From the NCBI GenBank assembly GCA_012729475.1, contig JAAYDB010000143.1:6583-70582 (forward strand): a stretch of 64,000 nt of DNA. The letters are read 5' to 3'. Of this stretch, positions 22,447-29,646 are shown piece by piece. A model generated the notes under the pieces. That model was not told where the DNA came from. It saw nothing but the letters and a program-made list of their open reading frames with translations, and made no database searches. Source of the DNA: Bacteroidota bacterium (GTDB lineage Bacteria; Bacteroidota; Bacteroidia; Bacteroidales; VadinHA17). How positions within the stretch are numbered: position 1 is the stretch's first letter; each line of letters begins with the position of its first letter. The position numbers and the translations under genes were made by a program.

Positions 22447-22950
22447 ATCAGGTGAGCGATAAAGGGCTGCTTGAAAGATGTGGAAACGGAAATGGTTTCT
22501 TAGTTGAGACAGTATCCGGTTCATTCAAACCTAAGGGTTTGCGCATCAGCAAAGCCGAAGTCTGTACTAAGGGAACCTGGTTGCAAATTAATCCCCGATG
22601 TACGGAAAGTCGAAGAATACCGGAAACGTTCTTTCAACGACTAAGTAACAGGGCTTCATAGAGACAGAAGACTTCGGTCCGATCTCAGATGAAAAAGTAC
22701 ATGATCCTTAGGGTGACTGTACCAGCCTGAATGACACTTCGTCCCGGAAAGTCCCGCCGAAAGACGGGAACAAAAGGACAGCCGGATGGACCTTCTGTAA
22801 AAAGAAGGACCGGAAGGCCATGGGTTACAGAACACTGCTTCGGCAGGAATATGTAACCGGCCATAATAACAGTAACCTGACGCCGTTTGCGGCTCTGGTT
22901 GCAGACGGTGAATGGGAACTACTCTTAAGGATTAGTTCCCATTATTGTTT
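22447..22950 (+). ncRNA. Candidate ~500-nt structured non-coding RNA of unrecognised family
   Basis: Bounded by its own promoter and terminator. Hand-counted G+C is 48.5% over 22441-22920, against 22-28% in the 120 nt upstream. It holds at least six local hairpins, four capped by UUCG, GAAA or UUUG loops. There is no convincing ORF on either strand. The ends given are predictions. Confidence 0.5.
22911..22950 (+). terminator. Intrinsic terminator ending the candidate ncRNA
   Basis: 11-bp stem AATGGGAACTA (22911-22921) / TAGTTCCCATT (22933-22943) with an 11-nt loop, then ATTGTTT. Confidence 0.75.
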
Positions 22951-23062
22951 GATTGCTGCCTTCATTAACAGCTGGGTATTCTCATTGCCCCGATATTGGT
23001 ACCCCCTGACATTACGGAAAATATGTCACGGATTTGTCTTTTTTTCTGTGATCATATTCTCG

Positions 23063-23070
23063 TATATTTG
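23063..23070 (+). promoter_or_regulatory. -7 box of the UbiD-family gene promoter
   Basis: TATATTTG ends 17 nt upstream of ATG 23088. Confidence 0.45.
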
Positions 23071-23087
23071 ATCCATATAACCATCTT

Positions 23088-24980
23088 ATGGCATACTCAG
23101 GATTGATACGCTTCATAAGGGCACTTGATGAAGCAGATGAACTATTAAGGATTAAAATTTTTGCCGATCCGGTCCTCGAAATAACCGAGATAACTGACAG
23201 GGTATCCAAAGCCGGAGGGAAAGCTCTGCTCTTTGAAAATACCGGAACACATTTCCCCCTTCTTATTAATGCTTACGGGTCTGCAAAAAGAATGTCCATT
23301 GTTTTTGGCAGGAAGAATACAGAAGAAACTGTGAATGAAATAATCTCACTGTTCAGCCTTTTCTCAAATGCCTCAGGCACATGGCTCAAAAAACTATCAT
23401 CTTTACCTGCCCTGATCAAAGTAACAGGTTATATGCCGGTAAAGACGAAGCGTAAAGGTATTTGTCAGCAAATTATAATAAAAGATCCCGATCTCTCAAT
23501 ACTTCCTGTTCTGAAATGCTGGCCACACGATGGAGGAAGGTTTATTACCCTGCCAATGGTACACACAGTGCATCCTCTTTCCGGAGATACCAATGTAGGG
23601 ATGTACAGAATGCAGATCATGGACAGGAATACGACAGCTATGCACTGGCAAAGACATAAAACCGGAGCAAATCACTGCGAGGCATGGAGAAAAACCGGAC
23701 GTAAAATGCCCGTCTCAGTAGCTCTTGGAGGCGATCCTGTATATGCCTATTCAGCCACTGCTCCTATGCCTGAAAATATGAACGAATATATACTTGCAGG
23801 TTTCCTGAGGAAAAAGAAAGTAAAAATGGTCAAATGCATTACCAATGACATTTACGTCCCTGATGATGCCGATTTTGTTATTGAAGGATATGTTGATCCC
23901 AATGAAGAAATGACCGTTGAAGGTCCTTTTGGTGACCATACAGGCTTCTATTCACTGCCGGGTTTGTATCCCAGGTTCCATGTGACCTGTATAACCCATG
24001 CTGCCAAAGCTTGCTATCCGGCCACTATTGTAGGGATACCTCCCATGGAAGATGCATGGCTTGCCAAAGAAACAGAGAAAATATTCCTGGCACCACTGAA
24101 ATTAGTGATACAACCTGAAATAGAAGATCTTCATATGCCCGATGCCGGAGTAGCACATAATCTGGCTATAGTAAAAATCAACAAATCATATCCGGGTCAG
24201 GGAAAAAAAGTGATAAACTCCTTATTCGGAGCAGGGCAGATGATGTTCACCAAATACATGATTGTTGTAAACGGGGATATTGATATACGGAATTATAAAA
24301 GCTTATTCACCCATGTCAGTAAAAATGTGGATGTGCGTTCTGATCTGATCTTTACCACAGGTCCTCTTGATGTTCTGGATCATTCTTCCGACTCGTTCTC
24401 CGTAGGAGGGAAAATGGGCATTGATGGTACGGAAAAGATGAAAGAAGAAATAGGCAGTTATGGAGATTTCAATAAAAATAAAGGACACTCTGACAAGGCA
24501 GGACCAGAAGAGTTTCCGGGAGAAAATGAAGGGAAAACAAAAATTAATATTTTTCCGGAACTCAATATGATGGTGTTGGGTCTTAATACCCGTAGCGACA
24601 AGGAACTTGTTGAGCGCACAAAAGTGTTTCTGCGTAATAAAAAAGACCAGACCTCCTTCCGCTTTATTGCTGTTGTAGATCACACTGTTGACATAACAGA
24701 TATTTTTATGGTATCATGGCAGCTGCTGTCGAATGCCGATCCCCTAAGAGATATTTTGATCATTCATGATAACACTGTATTTATTGACGGATCACTAAAG
24801 GTTTTCACCAATCGTGGTTTCCCCAGAGAATGGCCGAATATTGTATGTTCTTCGGAGGAAACAATAAAGGCTGTTGACGAAAAATGGAAATCTCTTGGCG
24901 TGGGGCCTTTCATTCCTTCTCCATCATTAACCTGTTCAGCACTTTACCTTCAGGGTGATGGTAAAGTGATTGTAACTTAA
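23088..24980 (+). CDS. UbiD-family (prenyl-FMN dependent) decarboxylase, long form; probably menaquinone biosynthesis
   Basis: 630 aa. The N-terminus ...LIRFIRALDEADELLRIKIFADPVLEITEITDRVSKAGGKALLFEN... and ...GGKMGIDGTEK... are UbiD hallmarks. There is a C-terminal region about 140 aa longer than E. coli UbiD. Confidence 0.85.
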   Translation: MAYSGLIRFIRALDEADELLRIKIFADPVLEITEITDRVSKAGGKALLFENTGTHFPLLINAYGSAKRMSIVFGRKNTEETVNEIISLFSLFSNASGTWLKKLSSLPALIKVTGYMPVKTKRKGICQQIIIKDPDLSILPVLKCWPHDGGRFITLPMVHTVHPLSGDTNVGMYRMQIMDRNTTAMHWQRHKTGANHCEAWRKTGRKMPVSVALGGDPVYAYSATAPMPENMNEYILAGFLRKKKVKMVKCITNDIYVPDDADFVIEGYVDPNEEMTVEGPFGDHTGFYSLPGLYPRFHVTCITHAAKACYPATIVGIPPMEDAWLAKETEKIFLAPLKLVIQPEIEDLHMPDAGVAHNLAIVKINKSYPGQGKKVINSLFGAGQMMFTKYMIVVNGDIDIRNYKSLFTHVSKNVDVRSDLIFTTGPLDVLDHSSDSFSVGGKMGIDGTEKMKEEIGSYGDFNKNKGHSDKAGPEEFPGENEGKTKINIFPELNMMVLGLNTRSDKELVERTKVFLRNKKDQTSFRFIAVVDHTVDITDIFMVSWQLLSNADPLRDILIIHDNTVFIDGSLKVFTNRGFPREWPNIVCSSEETIKAVDEKWKSLGVGPFIPSPSLTCSALYLQGDGKVIVT

Positions 24981-25028
24981 CATAAACATTTTTACTGTTT
25001 TATAGACTAGTAAGACTGCTTTTTTTAC

Positions 25029-25036
25029 TAAATTTG
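25029..25036 (+). promoter_or_regulatory. -7 box upstream of the PP2C phosphatase gene
   Basis: TAAATTTG. It lies too close to ATG 25047 for a normal leader, which favours ATG 25113 as the start. Confidence 0.4.
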
Positions 25037-25112
25037 TCTTTATCTGATGGGATGTGTCTGCTTTACATACTATTGTTATCTGTTGTTATCATCAGGCAGA
25101 TTACTTGTTGCT

Positions 25113-26084
25113 ATGGCTCAGGGAAATACTGATATTGATTTTTCCGGATTTAATATAACTATCCTGTTGGCGGGAATATTTATCGGACTGGCAGTTATAC
25201 TGGCTTTGGCGTATCTGGCAAACAGCTTGTTCGGTGTCAGAAAAAAATTAAAAGAAAAGACTAAAGCTCTTGACAGGGCTGAACAGTTGATAAGCCACCT
25301 CGAATTGCGGGATAAGGATATGACCGATTCACTTATCTATGCACAGAGGATACAGGAAGCCCTGTTTCCTTCAGAGGACTTTTTCCGTAATTATTTTCCC
25401 GATTCTTTTGTTTATTTCAAACCGAAGGATATTGTAAGCGGTGATTTTTACTGGGTAGGAGAAAAAGGAGATAAGATATTTGTAGCTGCAGCTGATTGTA
25501 CGGGCCATGGCGTTCCGGGAGCCCTTATGTCGGTCATAGGACTCGATATTATCACTAAGACGATTCTTGAAGCAAATATTGAAGATCCTTCCGCAGTGCT
25601 GGAAGTGATGAATAAAGACCTTGAAAAAATGTTCAGCCGGGAGAAAAATATTGGGACGATTATCCGTGACGGGATGGACCTTGGTCTTTGTGTCATTGAC
25701 AGAAAGAGGAAAAAAATTGAATATGCAGGTGCTTTCTTTCCTATGTATCTTATCCGTGATAATACTTTAACTGAGATTAAAGGGGATAAATTTATCATTG
25801 GAATGAATCCCAAAGGGCTGAAATATACCATTCATGAAATTGATATAAAGGAAGATGATATAGTTTACATATTTTCTGACGGATATGTTGATCAGTTTGG
25901 AGGGGCTGAAAACAAAAAATTCATGTACAGACGGTTCAGATACCTCCTTTTGCAGATACACAGATTTTCTTTTAAAGATCAGAAGTCAATCCTGGAAGAA
26001 AATATGCGGTCGTGGATGATGGAGAACAGCCAGGTTGATGATATTATGGTTATAGGGTTCCGGCCTTTGACAGGGGGCAGTTAG
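25113..26084 (+). CDS. Membrane-anchored PP2C / SpoIIE-family serine phosphatase (RsbU-like)
   Basis: One TM helix (ITILLAGIFIGLAVILALAYL), a coiled-coil stretch, then ...DIVSGDFYWVGEKGDKIFVAAADCTGHGVPGALMS...FSDGYVDQFGG... An alternative start at 25047 is possible. Confidence 0.85.
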   Translation: MAQGNTDIDFSGFNITILLAGIFIGLAVILALAYLANSLFGVRKKLKEKTKALDRAEQLISHLELRDKDMTDSLIYAQRIQEALFPSEDFFRNYFPDSFVYFKPKDIVSGDFYWVGEKGDKIFVAAADCTGHGVPGALMSVIGLDIITKTILEANIEDPSAVLEVMNKDLEKMFSREKNIGTIIRDGMDLGLCVIDRKRKKIEYAGAFFPMYLIRDNTLTEIKGDKFIIGMNPKGLKYTIHEIDIKEDDIVYIFSDGYVDQFGGAENKKFMYRRFRYLLLQIHRFSFKDQKSILEENMRSWMMENSQVDDIMVIGFRPLTGGS

Positions 26085-27406
26085 ATATATTTCTTAATTT
26101 TTTCGATCAACGCTGAAGGTTGAAAAGGTTTGCTGATATAATCATCAATACCGGCCGATATACATTTCTCCCTGTCTCCCAGCATTGCGTTTGCTGTAAT
26201 TGCAATTATGGGAATATGTGTACTTGTACTTGATTCAAGTGCTCTTATTTTTTCTGCAGCCAGAAGACCGCTCATAACCGGCATCTGTATATCCATAAGG
26301 ATAATGTCGAAGCTGGATGTGCCAAACTTGTCAAGAGCCTCTTTCCCATTTGAAGCAGTATCAATACTGTGTACAAGCGGCTGAAGGGTCAGCAGTGTTA
26401 TTTTCTGGTTTATCAGATTGTCTTCAACAAGCAGAATTTTAATATCTTTTAATTCCTTATGCACTCTCTCTTTTTGCATAAGTTCTCCTATTGTAGGCGA
26501 GACAGTATGTGTTTTTATATCATTTATAATGTTGGTGAAAGGCAATCTGAAATTCAGAACAGTGTAACTGACTCCGAACTCCTGATTATATGTCCCTCTG
26601 CTGCCTGATATCATTCTTGCTGCCAGGCTCCTGTTTATCTCCTTTTCATTGATCAGTACAATAACTTTATCTATCTCTATGCGGAACCCTATCAATATTT
26701 CATTAAGACTTTCTTTTTCATTCTGAAGACTGATAGCGACTCTGGTCCCTCTTTCCGAACTGTGGTTTTCAATAGTATTGAAGATATCCAAAAGGATCTG
26801 TTTGAGAATAATAGGATCGCCAAAACACTCACAGTCATTGTAGTTCGTATTGTTGAGTTCAAATTCGATGTTGGCTTTGTCTTTAAGATTATAAAGCTCA
26901 ATAGTGTTCTGGATTGTGGAAAGAATATTGAATCGTATATATTTTCTTGGTTCCAGGGTTATATTATCAGCTGACTGCATAGTCAGTTCATTAACAGTGG
27001 TTACCATGTTGTTTGTAGATGCCATGAATGTCTCAAGCAGTTCTTTCTGTTTTTTCTGGAGACCTGATTCCATAAGCATATCAGTTATTATTACCACATT
27101 ATTCAAAGGTTCTCTTATCTTATGGGAAAAATCAGATATGAGATTATCCATTTTTTCGTTTGAAGCCGAGATTTCCCTGAGAGAATTTCTTGCATTGTTG
27201 AGAAGATAAATAATTTTTTTCGTGAGTAATATACCGATAGCTGCTGTTATTATTAATATAACACCGGCAAAGAAAGGTGTATCAGCAATTATCAGTATTA
27301 TACCTGTAATCAGACCGGTTAAGGCTGCATAAGACCACATGGTAATTCTTTTGAGTGCAGACCGGCCAGCTTCACCAATTATTGTTTTCCCGGGATCTTT
27401 AATCAT
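26081..27406 (-). CDS. Hybrid sensor histidine kinase / response regulator with a degenerate ATP-binding domain
   Basis: 441 aa. Two N-terminal TM helices, HisKA H-box DFSHKIREPLNNV, and an intact C-terminal REC (LLVEDNLINQ...DIILMDIQMPVMSG...ISKPF). The HATPase region lacks clear N, G1 and G2 boxes. Confidence 0.8.
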   Translation of the reverse strand: MIKDPGKTIIGEAGRSALKRITMWSYAALTGLITGIILIIADTPFFAGVILIITAAIGILLTKKIIYLLNNARNSLREISASNEKMDNLISDFSHKIREPLNNVVIITDMLMESGLQKKQKELLETFMASTNNMVTTVNELTMQSADNITLEPRKYIRFNILSTIQNTIELYNLKDKANIEFELNNTNYNDCECFGDPIILKQILLDIFNTIENHSSERGTRVAISLQNEKESLNEILIGFRIEIDKVIVLINEKEINRSLAARMISGSRGTYNQEFGVSYTVLNFRLPFTNIINDIKTHTVSPTIGELMQKERVHKELKDIKILLVEDNLINQKITLLTLQPLVHSIDTASNGKEALDKFGTSSFDIILMDIQMPVMSGLLAAEKIRALESSTSTHIPIIAITANAMLGDREKCISAGIDDYISKPFQPSALIEKIKKYI

Positions 27407-27492
27407 AATTTCAGGTTGAGAAGTGTAAAAATAAACAAAATAAGTAAAAGATATACATCAACAAGATATATAAGCCTTTTAAATGAAATCGT

Positions 27493-27500
27493 TAAATTTG
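27493..27500 (+). promoter_or_regulatory. -7 box upstream of the two-gene secreted-protein operon
   Basis: TAAATTTG, 46 nt upstream of ATG 27547. Confidence 0.45.
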
Positions 27501-27546
27501 CAGTAACGGTATGATATTTGAACTGAAAAAGAAAAAAGACATCGTT

Positions 27547-28305
27547 ATGAAAATGACAACCGGGATTCTTATTTGTATGGCCATTGCTGGTTTTTCAGGT
27601 CCAAACTATCCTGTGGCTGCACAGGAGAAGGTGGAAATGGTTAAATATACTCCTGATTTCAAATTCACTGACGGAGTATATCTGAGTTTTGAACAGGTAA
27701 GAAATAATAAGCCCATCCCCAAGGCCAAGCTTCTTACTTCTACTGATTATAATGACAAGGACTTTTTTAAGAATTTATTTGAATCAGAAAAGATTTATTA
27801 TTATGATGAGATGGGGATAAGACAGGAAATAGACAGATCATCGGTGTGGGGTTATTCAAGAAACGGCGTTCTTTACGTGCAGATACAGAACAATTTTAAC
27901 CGTATAACATTTGTTGGTTCTATCAGTCATTTTATTGCTGATATTTTGTCATACGATTCACGTTATTATAATTCTCCCTATGGTTATGGTTACTATAATC
28001 CTTATTCATATTATTCTCCCTATTCTTATTACGGATATGGTGGCTATAGCCCTTACGGATACTATGGCTATCCCTATGGGAGGAGTTCCATGACAAGGAG
28101 TGACGTTAAACAGTTTATTTTTGATTTTGAATCTGGAAAGGTCATGGATTTTGACCTTGAGAATACGAAGCTGATGTTAATGAAAGATGAGCAACTGTAT
28201 GAGGAGTTTGTACTTTTACCCAGGAAAAAACAGAAAGAACTAATGTTTGTTTATATCCGTAAATTCAATGAAAAAAACCCTCTTTATATACCTGAAGCCC
28301 AATGA
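27547..28305 (+). CDS. Secreted hypothetical protein with an internal Tyr/Gly/Pro/Ser tract
   Basis: Taken from ATG 27547, MKMTTGILICMAIAGFSGPNYPVAAQ (signal peptide). No family recognised. Confidence 0.7.
   Translation: MKMTTGILICMAIAGFSGPNYPVAAQEKVEMVKYTPDFKFTDGVYLSFEQVRNNKPIPKAKLLTSTDYNDKDFFKNLFESEKIYYYDEMGIRQEIDRSSVWGYSRNGVLYVQIQNNFNRITFVGSISHFIADILSYDSRYYNSPYGYGYYNPYSYYSPYSYYGYGGYSPYGYYGYPYGRSSMTRSDVKQFIFDFESGKVMDFDLENTKLMLMKDEQLYEEFVLLPRKKQKELMFVYIRKFNEKNPLYIPEAQ
27949..28089 (+). repeat. Tyr-rich low-complexity tract inside the CDS (20 Tyr in 47 aa)
   Basis: SYDSRYYNSPYGYGYYNPYSYYSPYSYYGYGGYSPYGYYGYPYGRSS, counted by hand. TAT/TAC and GGx codons recur imperfectly. Confidence 0.9.
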
Positions 28306-29165
28306 AAAATATTAAGAAAGCCCTTGTTGTTGTGTGTGTGGTTTGTCTATCAGCCATAGCTGATGGACAGGCTCCTTTCCCATCTCCTGATGAAATAAAG
28401 CAATTCAGTTCTTCAACAACCTGTGTTGTGTTTGAAGAATCTACTTTTTCTGCTTTCAATGCTTACATAAAGGATGCTATGGATGACTACTGGGAAATAA
28501 CGCCTTTTGAGTTCATTGACAGGGATGAATTCAATACCAGGAAAAATGATCCTTCGTTTTCATTTATTTTGCTCACAGAAACGGTTTTTGAAAAAGACAG
28601 ATCAAATACAACATATAATTTCATCAATCTCATTCAGGGGAAAAAAGTTGGTTCACTGGCAGAGAATCCCGAGATATGTGCTGTTCCCCTTTCATCTTCT
28701 TCTGAAGACGATTTTGATTTTGGATATAAGCTCGGTGCTGTTTTATCTTTTATGCAGCAACATGCACGACTCATTCTTGAAGACCCCTCGAAAACCGGAA
28801 TGAGATACCTGAAGTATTATAATGTCAATGTTCCTGATGTACAGGGCAGGACTATCCTGGTCAGGAAAGAAGATCTGTCTCCGGCTATATCCACCATTGA
28901 GCAGATCAGGGATATTTATTCCGGCAGGATAGAGATTGTATCCGAAGAAGAAATCGTAAAAGCTATTGAAGAAAAGAGAGCAAACACCGTCATTCTTCAT
29001 GAAGTAAGTCCTGCTGATGACGACCAGGGTCAGGGAATATGTTTTAAGATGCTTATCGGTACGGATAATGCCAGGATGTATTATTATAACGAACATAATA
29101 TTAATTCAAGAAATCCCGGCGGTCTTTTACCTTCCGATCTGAGACGTCTTGCAAGGTTTAATTGA
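28302..29165 (+). CDS. Secreted hypothetical protein
   Basis: 287 aa, signal peptide MKNIKKALVVVCVVCLSAIADGQA. ATGA overlap with the upstream gene suggests translational coupling. Confidence 0.7.
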   Translation: MKNIKKALVVVCVVCLSAIADGQAPFPSPDEIKQFSSSTTCVVFEESTFSAFNAYIKDAMDDYWEITPFEFIDRDEFNTRKNDPSFSFILLTETVFEKDRSNTTYNFINLIQGKKVGSLAENPEICAVPLSSSSEDDFDFGYKLGAVLSFMQQHARLILEDPSKTGMRYLKYYNVNVPDVQGRTILVRKEDLSPAISTIEQIRDIYSGRIEIVSEEEIVKAIEEKRANTVILHEVSPADDDQGQGICFKMLIGTDNARMYYYNEHNINSRNPGGLLPSDLRRLARFN

Positions 29166-29210
29166 TGCATCATTTGAATAATATTGACGTCTTTTCAATA
29201 AAAACATAAC

Positions 29211-29567
29211 ATGGAAGAAATAAGACAATTTTCAGAATCAGAGAGAAATTGGGCAATGATATGTCATTTATCGGCTTTTGCAGGTTTCTTTTTCCCTTTT
29301 GGAGGTATTATAGGGCCCCTGATTTGCTGGCTGTCAAGAAAAGATGAATCAATGTGGGTTGATGAAAACGGAAAGGCTTCAATGAATTTCCAGCTTTCAA
29401 TACTTCTGTATATGGTCCTGGCTATTCCTCTGTGTTTTATTCTGGTAGGTATTCCCATAATAATCATTTTAGGTTTCCTGAAAGTTATCTGTATAGTAAT
29501 TGCCAGCATCCGTGCAGCAAAAGGTGAAATCTTCAGATACCCCATTTCAATACCTTTTATTCAGTAA
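29211..29567 (+). CDS. Small membrane protein, DUF4870-like
   Basis: 118 aa, ...ERNWAMICHLSAFAGFFFPFGGIIGPLICWL... plus two further TM helices. Family name is from memory. Confidence 0.65.
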   Translation: MEEIRQFSESERNWAMICHLSAFAGFFFPFGGIIGPLICWLSRKDESMWVDENGKASMNFQLSILLYMVLAIPLCFILVGIPIIIILGFLKVICIVIASIRAAKGEIFRYPISIPFIQ

Positions 29568-29620
29568 TAATTCAGGGTCTCCTTTTTCTTTCCTTCCTTT
29601 GGTATATTCTTTTGTCTTTA

Positions 29621-29628
29621 TACTTTTG
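29621..29628 (+). promoter_or_regulatory. -7 box upstream of hisS
   Basis: TACTTTTG, 18 nt before ATG 29647. Confidence 0.4.
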
Positions 29629-29646
29629 TCTTTTATCTTATAAGCA

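Noticed and set aside
22569-22596. Cobalamin-riboswitch-like string AAGGGAACCUGGUUGCAAAUUAAUCCCC.
   Set aside because: I see no B12 box (GCCACUG). The flanks of the GGU...AAU.CC segment do not pair as P3 would. A terminator and a separate promoter lie between this block and the downstream gene, which is not B12-related.
22553-22677. 9-bp long-range complement CCGAAGUCU (22553-22561) with AGACUUCGG (22669-22677).
   Set aside because: About 0.5 such matches are expected by chance within a 500-nt window, and it competes with the local UUCG hairpin. It is not evidence on its own.
22807-22822. SRP-RNA-like GGACC[GGAA]GGCC motif, and a general check for tmRNA and 6S.
   Set aside because: Only the tetraloop context resembles SRP helix 8, and the symmetric and asymmetric loop sequences are missing. 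There is no tRNA-like acceptor or T-arm (GGUUCGA..CC), and no tag reading frame for tmRNA. The length does not fit 6S.
22603-22833. RNase P RNA-like strings inside the candidate RNA: ACGGAAAGUCG (22602-22612), GGGCUUCAUAGAGACAG (22651-22667), AGGGUGA (22710-22716), CGGAAAGUCC (22745-22754) and ACAGAAC (22827-22833).
   Set aside because: Order and spacing are wrong for bacterial RNase P. The better CR-I-like and CR-V-like strings lie only about 75 nt apart, not about 280. The highly conserved GGUAAGGGUGAAAGGGUGCGGUAAGAGCGCACC-type core is absent. About 150 nt precede the first CR-I-like string. I treat these as chance resemblances, but a covariance-model scan should confirm it.
22440-23071. 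Track ORFs 22440-22661 (73 aa) and 22820-23071 (83 aa) as protein-coding genes.
   Set aside because: Neither has a recognisable domain. The first begins inside the predicted -7 box, upstream of the predicted transcription start. The second runs through the strong terminator at 22911-22950 and the next gene's promoter. Both cut across the hairpins. Non-coding is the more economical reading.
25047-25112. Track start for the PP2C phosphatase (MGCVCFTYYCYLLLSSGRLLVA...).
   Set aside because: It lies only about 10 nt from the TAAATTTG -7 box, so it would be essentially leaderless, and the extra 22 aa are odd in composition. ATG 25113 is preferred, but 25047 is not excluded.
27911-28093. 60-aa His/Ile/Met-rich ORF in another frame of the Tyr-rich tract.
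   Set aside because: It is a frame-shifted reading of the repetitive TAT/GGT/CCT codons of the real gene, so it is an artefact of the low-complexity DNA.
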